From Octopus sinensis (taxonomy: Eukaryota): a stretch of 64,000 nt of DNA. Under the pieces are notes generated by a model. That model was not told where the DNA came from. It worked only from the letters and a program-made list of their open reading frames with translations, and did not search any database. The stretch is taken from positions 92,938,001 through 93,002,000 of the forward strand of contig NC_043002.1 of assembly GCF_006345805.1 (NCBI RefSeq), written 5' to 3'. The translations under genes and the position numbers were made by a program. How positions within the stretch are numbered: the stretch's first letter is position 1; every line of letters starts with the position of its first letter. This document shows, in pieces, positions 1 through 12,349 of the stretch.

Positions 1-271
1 ATTATCATCATCATTATCATCATCAGTTTAATGTTCACTTTCCCATGCACACATTTGTAGAGGTAAATTTTCTATGGCCAGATAGCTTTCCTGTCTCCAG
101 CCCTCACCTGTTTTCGAGTAAGGTAATGTTTCCCCATGACCAGACATGTTTTCCTGGAAGACTGGAAACAGAGGACATTGCTTGTATGACAGTAACACTC
201 ATTTACAACTACCATGCAATATCAAAGCAAGAAGACAGAATTACACACATACATTCATACATATACATACA

Positions 272-755
272 ATCATCATCATCATCATCGTTTAATGTCT
301 GCTTTCCATGCTAGCATGGGTTGGACGGTTCAACTGGGGTCTGGGAAGCCAGAAGGCTGCACCAGACCCAGTCTGATCTGGCAGTGTTTCTACAGTTGGA
401 TGCCCTTCTTAACGCCAGCCACTCCGAGAGTGTAGTGGGTGCTTTTCACGTGCCACCGGCATAGGTGCAGATGAGGCTGGCAATGGCCATGATTGGATGG
501 TGCTTTTTACGTGCCACCGGCACAGAGGCCAGTCAGGGCGGTGCCGGCTACGGCCATGTTCGGATGGTTCTCTTACGTGCCACCGGCACTGGTATCACAG
601 CTACAAATTCCATTGATGTTGATCGATTTTGATTTTGATTTTCACTTGCCTCAACAGGTCTTCACAAGTAGAGTTTTGTGTCCCAAGAAGGAAAGGTATG
701 CATAAGTGGACTGGCTACATCCCGGGTAGAGGCCACAGGTTATGGTCTCGCTTGT
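272..755 (-). mobile_element. SINE-like family D with RTE-type 3' end and (GAT)n tail
   Basis: Contains ttggcgttaagaagggcatccaactgtagaaac and the ccatgctagcatggaaagc tail, with internal repeats of ggtggcacgtaaaaagcacc. Confidence 0.8.
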
Positions 756-1119
756 TTACATATATGGCTTTGATGCAAGTCTGAGGAAGTACTGCTCCAA
801 TGCCTAAAACCACATATATTACGTAATTTTTCTTTTAGAATTTCCGCATAGACTGGCATTGAAAATGGAGATGGTACACAAACATGTGTAACTTACAATT
901 AAAGATGTGTTAACGAATTTTATTTGTCTTCTCTCCATTGGCTTATTTACTCTTCGCCAAACCATATGACAGTATAATCATCGTGAAACTTGGATTTTCT
1001 GCACGAGAAGTACTCCAGCTTGGGCTTGGATCCTGACAGCATTGATAGCCCAGTATTCAGGTTGAGTGCTTCTCTGGAAATACCCCAACTTCACACCCAA
1101 CTGACTTTATATATACATA

Positions 1120-1327
1120 CAGGGTGCAGCAGAAATACCTCCCATATTTTAAACTTTCACCTATGTGTTGCTAATGAACTTATGCAAGTGCCAAGGATGT
1201 TTTCATTTAGCTAATGAACAAAAACTGTAACCCTTTCTTTAAACAACAGTAAAATTAATTTTTCATAAATGTTGTTTCTTTTTCCTTTTGTCAACCTTTC
1301 AAATGTGGGAGGTATTTCTGCCACACC

Positions 1328-1330
<3 letters not shown>
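1120..1330. mobile_element. Tc1/mariner-type MITE
   Basis: TA-flanked; TIRs cagggtgcagcagaaatacctcc / ggaggtatttctgccacaccctg. Confidence 0.88.
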
Positions 1331-1339
<9 letters not shown>

Positions 1340-1374
<35 letters not shown>

Positions 1375-1935
1375 TATCTCTATTCTCCCTCTCTTATTCT
1401 TTCTTTCTATTTTTCTCTCCCACTCTTTCACTAATTCTCCTCCCCTTTACAATTCTCTTCCTCTCCCTCTCTCTCCATTACTCTTCCTCCTCGACTCTCT
1501 TATTGCTCACATGTGACCAGTGGCTATCTTTCTTTCTTCTCCTTGCCTTACAAGAGGCAATACGCATTTTTGCCCGTCTCCTGTCAGAGCTCGTTTCTCC
1601 AGCATTCACCACTTCATCTTGTTATGGCTTATCAGCCCTTACCATTAGGTTTTAATGTTTTCTTCTTACTCTCCTGTTTTTGTTACCACTTTAACACTCC
1701 ACAAATCCCAAATTTTATTTAATTTGTTTGCTGGAACGACTGTTTTAACAAAGACGCATCTTGTCCCAAGCATTCAAAATGTGGAGTAGATAAAACAAGG
1801 GACAACTGATGAAGGGATTGTTCTTTATGTTGCCTGTCTCGTTTTTCATGTTGTTCACATTTTTTTGATGTCCTGTACCCATATATGCATGTGTATATAC
1901 ATATATATGTAGGTATGTACATATATGTATATATG
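1340..1935 (-). mobile_element. Degenerate repeat, probably Penelope-related
   Basis: Begins with (TA)n-tatgggtacagga, as does the related copy at 29870-30440 (opposite orientation). Contains an eroded hammerhead-like CTGATAA...GAAAC-GAGCTC at ~1575-1640. Confidence 0.4.
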
Positions 1936-1937
1936 CA

Positions 1938-2352
1938 TACTCTTTACTCTTTACTCTTTTACTTGTTTCAGTCATTTGACTGTGGCCATGCTGGAGCACC
2001 ACCTTTAGTCGAGCAAATCGACCCCGGGACTTATTCTTTGTAAGCCCAGTACTTATTCTATTGGTCTCTTTTGCCGAACCGCTAGGTGACGGGGACGTAA
2101 ACACACCAGCATCGGTTGTCAAGCAATGCTAGGGAGACAAACACAGACACACAAACACACACACACATACATATATATATATACATATACACGACAGGCT
2201 TCTTTCAGTTTCCGTCTACCAAATCCACTCACAAGGCATTGGTCGGCCCGGGGCTATAGCAGAAGACACTTGCCCAAGATGCCATGCAGTGGGACTGAAC
2301 CCGGAACCATGTGGTTGGTTAGCAAGCTACTTACCACACAGCCACTCCTGCA

Positions 2353-2353
<1 letters not shown>
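1938..2353 (-). mobile_element. tRNA-derived SINE family A
   Basis: Head with A box (tggctgtgtgg) and B box (ggttcagtcc), internal (TA)n(TG)n, (AAAGAGT)n tail; near-identical to other copies. Confidence 0.9.
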
Positions 2354-2390
<37 letters not shown>

Positions 2391-2960
2391 ATTATTATGT
2401 GACTGAATGCCACACATCCATTTCCAAGTAAGTTTTAGATATATATATATATACACACACACAATGAGCTTCTTTTAGTTTCCAGCAATCAAATCCTTTC
2501 ATAAGGTTTTTATCAGGCTGGAGTGTAGAAGACACTTGCCAAAGTGCCACACAACAGGAGAGAACCTAAAACCATATGGTTGGGAAGCAAGCTTCTTACT
2601 AAACATTCACATCAGCACCTATTAATAATTAAAATTAGTTCTTTTACTTTATTATGCTTTTGAATTTCATTTTTCTTCGCTAGCGAAGAAGCTGTGGTTT
2701 TTCACAACATTTGGATATTGTTTGAGTAATGCCAGACAAAGCTACCGTAAAGATATACAACCAACTTGCGATCCATTCAACAATCAAACAAGTATGGAAC
2801 ATATTTCAGCCAAGCAAGATACAATAAGATACTAATCATTCAACTACCATCAAGCATGGAATATATTTGAGTGAGGCAAGCTACACTAAGTCAATTTGTA
2901 ATGCAATTGATGTTTGAATCCTTGGCTATGTACAGATAGCACGCTTTATAGTTCACTTAA

Positions 2961-3181
2961 CCCTTTCATTACCAACCCGGCTGAAACCGGCTCTGGCTCT
3001 ATAGTACAAATGTCTTGTTTTCATAAGTTTTGAATTAAAATCTTTCACCAAAGCTTAGTCACAATTTATGTTCCTAACACTAGCTTATTGATGACTAAGT
3101 TATTTTACTAAATTCTTTGTTATATTTCAAATAATTGAAAGAAACAAAGAACATCTCAAAATAAATACGGTAACGAAAGGG
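2961..3181. mobile_element. piggyBac-type MITE family E
   Basis: TTAA-CCCTTTC..GAAAGGG-TTAA ends; same element at 21294-21513 and 58723-58943. Confidence 0.9.
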
Positions 3182-3214
3182 TTAAAAGGATTGTATTTAA
3201 GAAAGAAACCTTAC

Positions 3215-3342
3215 AAGTGTATCCTTTTTGGTTCCTACCAAGAATCTACAAGGATTGTCAGCATTTTTGGCAGCATCTGTCATCCAGGTAACTGCTGTGT
3301 GTAGTGTAGATATGTTGGAAAGATCAAAAGCAGTAATTAATA
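3215..3342 (-). CDS. RAB34: RAB34/36 coding exon 6 (LLITAFDLSNISTLHTAVTWMTDAAKNADNPCRFLVGTKKDTL); gene continues left of the window
   Basis: atttcag acceptor, gtaagg donor, phase 1 in and 0 out. G4 motif is TKKD, the Rab34/36 variant of NKxD. No convincing downstream exon in 1-3214. Confidence 0.93.
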
Positions 3343-3483
3343 CTGAAATGATAAAAACAAAGATATTTTTAAATGATTTGCATGTTTTGGTTGTTCCTTC
3401 TCCATTTTTAAACCCTGCTCCCCTTTTTTTTTTTACATAAGCATGAATAGAGTTAGTCCTAGAAATTTAGAAAAGCTAGCAGC

Positions 3484-3567
3484 GTTGTTGTTGTTGTTCT
3501 TCTTCTTCTTCTTCTTCTTCTTCTTATCATCAGCATCATCATCATCATCATCATCATCACCATCACC

Positions 3568-3598
<31 letters not shown>

Positions 3599-3653
3599 CC
3601 GCCGCCACCATCATCACCATCATCATCATCATCATCATCATCATCATTATCAT

Positions 3654-3685
<32 letters not shown>

Positions 3686-3705
3686 TCATCATTCGCCATC
3701 ATCAT
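3484..3705. repeat. Compound trinucleotide microsatellite (GTT)(TTC)(CAT)(CAC)
   Basis: Direct reading; explains the homopolymeric ORFs at 3433-3712. Confidence 0.95.
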
Positions 3706-3924
3706 GGGTTAGAGTTTACTGAGGTAGATTTCCAAAGACAGGACGTTCTTCCTGTCACCAACCCTCCCCCGTTTCCAAATAAGGTAATAAATAGTATTTC
3801 ACGATGGGGCCAGACAGGTTCCCACAGAATATTGGAAATGAACGACACAGCTTATATGACAGTGACAATCATTTACAACAATCACATGACGTCAAGACAA
3901 ACAGACACACACTCACACTTATAT

Positions 3925-4211
3925 ATATATTGTTGTTTTTTTTTCTTCAATTTCTGCAATTTCAACCAATCACTGACGTCTATTGAGGTAAAAAAACATT
4001 CTGTGCCGTATGAATATGTCCCTCATTTAAGAAACAGGTTGGGTTTATTTACATTTGTGAAGAAAAAAAGATACCCTTCCTCCCACCCCTAACCCTAACC
4101 CTAACCCTAAAACAGATTGAAATGCAATAGATCGATACTAGGGTCATAATTATGGGTGACAATTTCATATGACACCGCTAGAAAAAACTGCCGTTCAAAC
4201 CGAAAAGATCC
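3925..4211. mobile_element. MITE family G, one end missing, with four CCCTAA repeats
   Basis: Ends in the TIR ...aactgccgttcaaaccgaaaagatcc; (CCCTAA)4 at 4087-4110. Confidence 0.85.
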
Positions 4212-4514
4212 AAGACATGAAATGAAGCTAAGCATATTGTCTGCGTCTTTTGACATGTCTTTACATATCGCATGACCTTTGTAAAGAATGGGCTTGTTTC
4301 AATGTCATTTGTTTCCACTTCATATACCTGTTCAGGCTGTTTGTTGTTCGACAGGGTGGAAGAATATTACCCCAATTGGGAACAGGGTGGGGGAGGAGGG
4401 GTTTGGTGACAGGAAGGGCATTCAACCATAGAAAAATACTGCTGGAACTAGAACATGCTCTCTTCTGAACCATGCAACCATGAAAAAATAGATGTTTTAA
4501 TAATAATAATAATA

Positions 4515-4549
<35 letters not shown>

Positions 4550-4657
4550 TATTATTATAGATGTCGCACGGTATACAATATCAACGAGGTTGTTGATTGA
4601 AGATGTTGTGTCTACTGGAGGTTTGTACTGTTTGTCAAGTGTGTAGTTCCAAGTAAT

Positions 4658-5060
4658 ACTCTCTTTTACTCTTTTACTTGTTTCAGTCATTTGACTGCGG
4701 CCATGCTGGAGCACCGCCTTTAGTCGAGCAAATCGACCCCGGGACTTATTCTTTGTAAGCCCAGTACTTATCCTATCGGTCTCTTTTGCCGAACCGCTAA
4801 GTGACGGGGACGTAAACACACCAGCATCGGTTGTCAAGCAATGCTAGGGGGACACACAAACACACACACACATACATATATATATATACATATATACGAC
4901 AGGCTTCTTTCAGTTTCCGTCTACCAAATCCACTCACAAGGCATTGGTCGGCCCGAGGCTATAGCAGAAGACACTTGCCCAAGATGCCACGCAGTGGGAC
5001 TGAACCCGGAACCATGTGGTTGGTTAGCAAGCTACTTACCACACAGCCACTCCTGCGCCT
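4658..5060 (-). mobile_element. SINE family A
   Basis: Full-length copy. Confidence 0.9.
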
Positions 5061-5468
5061 AATGCCAACTTTTGCAATACACCTGGATTGTAGGGTATTT
5101 CTAAAGTTTTCAGATGTTTTTTTTTTTTCAGATTGGGTGGTATTGAGCCCAATGCTCCGATAACAATAGGGATAAACTTTATGTTTGACTCTCGTAGCTG
5201 CCACATCTAAGTAATCTCAATTCTCAGGTCTCCATATTTATCAACCTTTTCTCTTTCTTTCATATGTTGATCTCCTGGCACTGCCACATCAATTATTAAG
5301 TACTCTCATTTGTCCCTCCTAAAAGTTACTATATCCGGCCGTCTGATAACTTGTCTGTCTGGAAGTCAAAGTCCCAGAGGATTTTCGCCTTCCCTTTTTC
5401 ATCCATTACCTTTTCCGGTCTATGTTGGTACCAAGCACCCATAGCCTCATATCTCATTATTATAATTA

Positions 5469-5517
<49 letters not shown>

Positions 5518-5953
5518 GGCAGCAAGCTGACAGAATCATTAACATGCTAGGCAAATGCTTGGTAGCATTTCATCCATCCTCACGTTCTAAGTTCAAAATC
5601 TTGCCTTTCATCCTTTTGGGGTTGATAAATTAAGTACCAGTTGTGTACTGAGGTCAATGTAATTGACTATCACCTCCTCCAAATTTCAGGCTTTGTACCC
5701 ACAATAGAAAGGATTATTACTATTATTATTGAGGCAGTGAGATGACAGAATCATTAGCACGCTGGCCAAAATGCTTAGTGGCATTTCATCTGTCCTGATG
5801 TTCTAAGTTCAAAATCTGCTGAGGTTGATTTTACTTTTCATCCTTTCGGGGTTCATAAATTAAGTACCAGTGAAACACTGGGGTCTATATAATCGACTAA
5901 TCCCCCACAACAAAATTTCAGGCCTTGTGCCTCTAATAGAAAGGTTTATTATT

Positions 5954-6798
5954 GAGAGAGAAGTGCGTGCCATCAAAGTGACACTGGGATAAAATATATG
6001 AAGCCCAGTATACCCATCATGACTACCTGTCTGATAAAGGAACACCAGGCACATGCAAATATATGGGAAACTACCACCTGTGTCATCTCTTGTGAAAGGT
6101 AGAGAGTCCAGTTTGCTGGACATTGTTGTAGAGCCGGAAACGAGGCAATTTCTACTCTTCTCCTCTGGAAGCCATCTACTCACAATACCAGAGGGTGCAC
6201 ACTCTCCTACCCTGATGTAATCTCCAGGGATACAGGCATCCAGCAACAGGACCTCCGTAATGCTATGATGGACCGTGAAGTCTGGCGTAGCATGGTAAAT
6301 TCCATTGTCTCGACCACGGTCGAACAATGATGATGATGAGGCACATGCATCACAACAATATGTGCATGACATGGTGATCTCATATCAAGATAAACAGTGC
6401 ATAACCTTGAATGTGAAGCCCAGTTAGAATTTTCTTCAGGTCGAGTAGCCCATCCCGTTCAAAAGGTCCCTGAATAAGGGTTGTTTAAGGATGTTGAAAG
6501 AACCACCTATGTTTCCAGAGGTGAACTATTCAAACCCCAAAGAATCCCTCTCAACACATGGCTATGATGCTCCCCCACTACTTCTGCTCGTGATCAGAGA
6601 TGCACATATCGTCAGCCCCTAAGGGACATGCTCAACTGGTTAAGGCCAAGCAACTGACAAGCAAATCTGTGGTATTGAGCAGAATATTTGCTGTAGCCCA
6701 TCTTTTATACCAAGACAAAACAATGTACATGATAACACTTCCAATCAGTTAAGATCAGAAGCCATGAGAGCCACTGCCTGGTACTGCATCAGGGTATT
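5954..6798. mobile_element. 560-bp non-coding repeat (family I), interrupted by an RTE fragment
   Basis: Same two ends as the copies at 6856-7412 and 16206-16760; flanked by (ATT)n. Confidence 0.85.
6058..6338 (+). mobile_element. 5'-truncated RTE-type LINE 3' end inserted into a 560-bp repeat
   Basis: Encodes YGKLPPVSSLVK..RVQFAGHCCR...MMDREVWRSMV with one frameshift. Terminal hairpin tcgacc/ggtcga, (TGA)n tail, 11-bp TSD aggcacatgca (6047-57 and 6339-49). Confidence 0.85.
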
Positions 6799-6815
6799 TA
6801 TTATTATTATTATTA

Positions 6816-6855
<40 letters not shown>

Positions 6856-7412
6856 GAGTGAGTGAGCAGTGCATGCCATCAAAGTGACACTGGGGTAAAA
6901 TATACGAAGCCCAGTATACCCATCATGACTACCCGTCTGATAAGGGTACACCAGGCACATGCATCACAACCATATGTGCGCGACATGGTGATCTCATATC
7001 AAGATAAACAGCACATGACCTTGCAGGTGGGGCCCAGTTAGAATTTTCTTCAGATCGAGTAACCCATCCCGCTCAAAAGGTCCCTGAATAAGGGTTGTTT
7101 AAGGATGTTGAAAGAACCACCCATGTTTCCAGAGGTGAATTATTCAAACCCCAAAGAATCCCTCTCAACACATGGCTATGATGCTCCCCCACTACTTCTG
7201 CTCGTGATCAGAGATGCACATATCGTCAGCCACTAAGTGACATGCTCAACTGGTTAAGGTCAAGCAACTGACAAGCAAATCTGTGGTATTGAGCAGAATA
7301 TTTGCTGTAGCCCATCTTTTATACCAAGACAAAACAATGTACATGATAACACTTCCAATCAGTTAAGATCAGAAACCGTGAGAGTTACTGCCTGGTACTG
7401 CATCAGGGTATT
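6856..7412. mobile_element. Family I repeat, intact
   Basis: Tandem with the previous copy across ~55 bp of (ATT)n. Confidence 0.85.
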
Positions 7413-8113
7413 TATTATTATTATTATGATTACTATTATTATTATTATTATTATTAAGGCAGTGAACTAGTAGAATCATTAGCAGTCTGGGCAAAACACT
7501 TAGTGGCATTTCATCCATCCTCACGTTCCAAGTCCAAAATCTGCCAAAGCTGACTTTTAGAGATGATAAAATATGTACCAGTTGAACACTGAGGTCGATG
7601 TAATCAATTTACCCCTTCTCCAAAATTGCTGGCCTTGTACCAAAATTTGAAGGTGACAAGCTGGCAGAATTGTTAGCATGCCAGGGAAAATTCTTAGCAG
7701 TATTTCATTCATCCTCATGTTCTAAGTTCAAATTCTGCGAAGGTTGACTTTGCCTATCATCCTTTCAGGGTCAATAAAATAAGTACCAGTTGAGCACTGG
7801 GGTTGATGTAATCAAATTACCCCTTGCCCAAATTTTGCTGGCCTTGTGCTGAAATTTGAAATCATTATCATTATTATTATTGATTGTGGTGGTGGTGAGT
7901 TTTTTTTTTAAGTAATTATTGTGAAGCCAATTTTTCTGGCACCATTTGTCAGCCAAACTGATTCAGCTGTAAACCTTGCCCAACAATACAACAAAAGACT
8001 GTTGTAAGATCTGGACTTACAACCATATAACCAGTAGATTAGGGCTGTAATCACATACGTGCAGTTGAAAGGAGAGGGTCTGATCCACCCTCTCCTTTCA
8101 ACATATCTCTTAA

Positions 8114-8322
8114 CCCTTTAGTATTTAAACCAGCCCTATCCGGCCAAAATATTTAATCTGTTTTATGCTCAAACTGACCAGATCCAGGCTCTCACACCTA
8201 CCCTACAATGTTATTTTACATTAAGTAATTGCACCATCAAGATCTTGAAGATATGAGATAATGCATGATTAATTCAAATCAATAAGCATTATGTTTGATA
8301 GAATAATCTGAACACTAAAGGG
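8114..8322. mobile_element. piggyBac-type MITE family F
   Basis: TTAA-CCCTTTAG..CTAAAGGG-TTAA. A paralogous empty site exists at 9726-9729. Confidence 0.92.
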
Positions 8323-8544
8323 TTAAACAACAAAACAAGCATTTTGAAACCATTTTTCCTTCTACAGAAGTGGTGAACTTTCTGGATCCCAATGAAAGTT
8401 TTCTCAGTTTTGCACAATACTCTACATCCCTCCCACCAACCCCTTGCCTTCATTTACTTCTCTAGAATCTTTAACTATGTCTTTTTTGATCTTCTCATTC
8501 TTCTACATGCTTTCGCATTAATTTCCATTATTCTTATCATCCAA

Positions 8545-8962
8545 CGCAGGAGTGGCTGTGTGGTAAGTAGCTTGCTTACCAACCACATGGTTCCGGGTTC
8601 AGTCCCACTGCATGGCACCTTGGGCAAGTGTCTTCTACTATAGCCTCGGGCTGACCAAAGCCTTGTGAGTGGATTTGGTAGACGGAAACTGAAAGAAGCC
8701 CGTTATATATATGTATGTATATATATATATGTGTGTGCGTGTATGTTTGTGTGTCTGTGTTTCTCCCCCCAACATCGCTTTACAACCGATGCTGGTGTGT
8801 TTATGTCCCCGTCACTTAGTGGTTCGGCAAAAGAGACCGACAGAATAAGTACTGGACTTACAAAGAATAAGTCTCGGGATCGAGTTGCTCGATTAAAGGC
8901 AGTGCTCCAGCATGGCCACAGTCAAATGACTGAAACAAGTAAAAGAGTAAAGAGTAAAGAGT
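8545..8962 (+). mobile_element. SINE family A
   Basis: Full-length copy. Confidence 0.9.
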
Positions 8963-9179
8963 AACCACTTTCATTAATCCTCAGCACATGATCCAGCTAT
9001 TTCATCCAATTTCTCTTCCCCACATCTATCACCAGCTCTATAATTCATTGTTTTCCTCTCCCTAAACTACAGTCTACTCATCCATTGACTCGGTCTCGTG
9101 TCCCTTCTTTCCACCCTTCTCTACTGCTCAATAATCATTACCCTTTTCTAACTCCTAAGAATCATAGCACTTCTTACAT

Positions 9180-9351
9180 AGGCGCAGGAGTGGCTGTGTG
9201 GTAAGTAGCTTGCTCACCAACCACATGGTTGCGGGTTCAGTCCCACTGCGTGGCATCTTAGGCAAGTGTCTTCTGCTATAGCCCCAGGCCAACCAATGCC
9301 TTGTGAGTGGATTTGGTAGACGGAAACTGAAAGAAGCTTGTCGTATATATG

Positions 9352-9382
<31 letters not shown>

Positions 9383-9585
9383 TTGTGTGTTTGTGTGTCT
9401 GTGTTTGTCCCCCTAGCATTGCTGGTGTGTTTACATCCATGTCACTTAGCGGTTCGGCAAAAGAGACTGATAGAATAAGTACTGGGCTTACAAAGAATAA
9501 GTCCTGGGGTCGATTTGCTCAACTAAAGGCAGTGCTCCAGCATGGCCGCAGTCAAATGACTGAAACAAATAAAAGAGTAAAAGAG
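9180..9585 (+). mobile_element. SINE family A
   Basis: Full-length copy with a small internal deletion. Confidence 0.9.
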
Positions 9586-10000
9586 GTAGAACACCTTTTC
9601 TTTTGGTTTCTGTGACATCCCAACCTTATTAGCATGTCACTTGCTTCCCTATACCTCTTTCATGCACATCTCACTTGTAGACATGGTTTAAGAGTCTGAT
9701 CCACCCTCCCCTTTCAACATGTCTCTTAAACAACAAAATGTTTTCAGACCTGGTTAATGCTGCACATTACCACAGTATTGGCCCCTAAAATACACAGCCT
9801 TTGTCTTTATATAAAAAAAAAATGTTACATAGACCCATGGTGAAGTTCTGGATAGGTGAATCGACAGTTGTATTTGATCCTGGAATGGTGAAAGACAAGC
9901 TTGACATCAACATGATTTGAACTCAGAAACGTGCAGACTACAAGGTGGAGAGCTGGCAGAAATTATATCTCAATGCAATTTATAAAATAACAAAACTTAC

Positions 10001-10065
10001 AATTAGCCCCACGGTAATAAGAAGCAGCGATACACTTGAACCGTTCTTGACCAGCTGTGTCCCAT
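10001..10065 (-). CDS. RAB34: RAB34/36 coding exon 5 (WDTAGQERFKCIAASYYRGAN)
   Basis: ttttag acceptor, gtaagt donor, phase 2 in and 1 out. Contains the G3 motif WDTAGQE and the Rab34/36-typical RFKCIA. Confidence 0.97.
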
Positions 10066-10137
10066 CTAAAATAAATATATATGCAAATAAATAAACAGTC
10101 ACAACAATACTTAGTAAAAGACATAGAAAATATTTAA

Positions 10138-10323
10138 CCCTTTAGCATTCAGATTATTCTGTCAAATGTAAAACTTATTTATTCATATTGTTTTGAATTA
10201 ATCATGTATTGTCTTGTAGATTAAAGATTTACAGTGTAGAGTAAGAGGCTAGATATGGTAAGTTTGAACATAAAACAAGCAGAATATTTGGGGCCAGCTA
10301 TGGCCAGTTTAAATGCGAAAGAG
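10138..10323. mobile_element. piggyBac-type MITE family F, internally deleted
   Basis: TTAA TSD with eroded right TIR. Confidence 0.8.
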
Positions 10324-10784
10324 TTAAGATATTACGTTTATATATTTGTTGTGCAAGATTTTTGATGTGAAATCGTGTGTTGAAATAGATATTGTTGTAT
10401 TTAGGAATGGTCATTTTGCCAGTTTAGCCAATAAAAACACACGCACTATATATTTGGTGTTACTTTGCTTCAGCGTTATTTATTTTTTACATTAATCTTA
10501 ATCTTATTTCAGCCAGAGTTCTTTCGTCACACTCCTGTGACCGCATCGGTGGTCCTTTGCTTTCTTCTTTCTTATTTGTGTGTCTCTCCTTACTAACCGT
10601 CAGCCATACTTAATCAAAAAATTGGTTTATAATATAGAAACTGCTGATAGCATTTGAAGATTATATATTTCAAAAGGGCAATGGTGATTTTGCCTTTCTT
10701 GAAGAAAAGAACGAGAGGGGTAATACCAATGTATTACTGTTTTTCTGCAGGGTGCAGTACTTTTCAACTAAATCTCATCTACAG

Positions 10785-11372
10785 TGGGAATCATCATCAT
10801 CATCATCATCATTTAATGTCTGTTTTCCATACTGACATAGGTTGGACAATTTGATAGGAGCTGGCCAGACTACAATTGTCTGTTGTGGCATGGTTTCTAT
10901 GGCTGGATGCCTTTCCTAATGCCAACCACTTTACAGAGTGTACTGGGTGCTTTTCATGTGCCACCAGCACGGATGTGTTTATGCAGCGCCAGCACAAGTG
11001 CATTTTATGTGGCATTGGTACCTGCAAAAGACATGCCTCATGCCGGTGGCACGTAAAAAGCACCATCCGAATGTGGCCGATTCCAGTGCCCACTTTGACT
11101 GGCTTCCATGCCAGTGGCACATAAAAAGCACCAATCCGATCGTGGCTGTTGCCAGCCTCGCCTGGCACCTGTGCCAGTGGCACGTAAAAAGCACCCACTA
11201 CACTCACGGAGTGGTTGGCGTTAGGAAGGGCATCCAGCTGTAGAAACACTGCCAGATCAGACTGGAGCCTGGTGCAATCTTCTGGCTTCCCAGATCCCCG
11301 GTCGAACCGTCCAACCCATGCTTAAATGGAAAACGGGTGTTAAAAGATGATGATGATGATGATGATGATGAT
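10785..11372. mobile_element. Two family D copies in head-to-head orientation
   Basis: 10785-10990 on minus and ~11035-11372 on plus, each ending outward in (GAT)n. Other D copies at ~15555-15812, 20165-20462, 22000-22240, 33628-34110, 35246-35442, 44190-44432 and 52395-52600. Confidence 0.8.
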
Positions 11373-12349
11373 GGCAGCGATTTTACTCAGCTTGATATGT
11401 CTTCTCAAGAACAGCAAATCACCACAACTCCCAGTCCTTGGTCATTTCCTCAGTGAGGCCCAGCATCTGAAGATCTCTTCTCACCACTTCATCCCCAGAA
11501 TAAGTAATAAAACTAGTAAGGAAATAAAATGCATTTTGCTATGAAGGAAAGGAAAAATTATCAATGAATCTGGTAGTGACTATATTCTCAAGAAAGAGAA
11601 TATAGTTGACAAGAAAGAAAAAATCTTTGGATTCTGAATTTTACAGCAGACTGTTTGACCATGAAGAAGTAGCTTCCTTACTGGACACCAAGACCCACCA
11701 GTGTACACTGATGTTCCTTTACATGGAGGAAAATACTGGACAGTCGTACAGCAGACAAGCCAGAGGATAACCCTCTCTCTCTCTCTCTCACACACACATG
11801 TGCACGTGTGCACACACACACACACACGCACGCACACACACACACACGCACGCACACACACACACACACTTTCATTCTGTTTCATTATTCCAGAAATATG
11901 GTAGGAGTAAGGAACAGAGTAAGGTATGAGCTACTTCTGTTTCACAACTTCAGAGAAATGGTTGGTACAAAAGACAATGTGAAATATGAGTTACATAAGG
12001 AGGTCATAGTAGGTGATGAGAGGAATGGTTGATATTTCAGTTACATATATAGATATACTTGCATATCATCATCATCAGTCCCTGGAGTTAAAGGACTCCT
12101 AGAGCCAGTTACCCAGTTTTTATGGTAGATAAGTGAACATTCCTCTTGAACAGAATGCCAGTCCATTGCAAGGTTATTCATTTACAGTTGAGTGAACTGG
12201 AACAATGTGAAATGAAGAGCTTTGCTCAAACAGAATGCACCACCCTGTCTAGAAGTTGAAACCACAATCTTGCAATTTCAAGTGTAACATCCAAACCACT
12301 AGGCCATACACCTTCACATACTTGCATAATTTCTATTATTGTGGCGCTC

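Noticed and set aside
990-1110. Minus-strand EYWAI peptide resembling the next RAB34 exon (EYWAV), and ALEQYFLRLAS at ~770-815
   Set aside because: Flanking residues, exon length and splice phase do not fit, so the remaining exons are taken to lie outside the window.
1745-2431. Recurring ORFs such as MTTDAGVFTSPS... and ...WLVSKLLTTQPLL at many loci
   Set aside because: Chance frames through SINE family A copies; no protein family.
3433-3712. Poly-D/G, poly-S/P and poly-M ORFs
   Set aside because: Translations of a compound microsatellite.
4087-4110. (CCCTAA)4 as a chromosome end or fusion scar
   Set aside because: It is internal to MITE family G at a fixed position.
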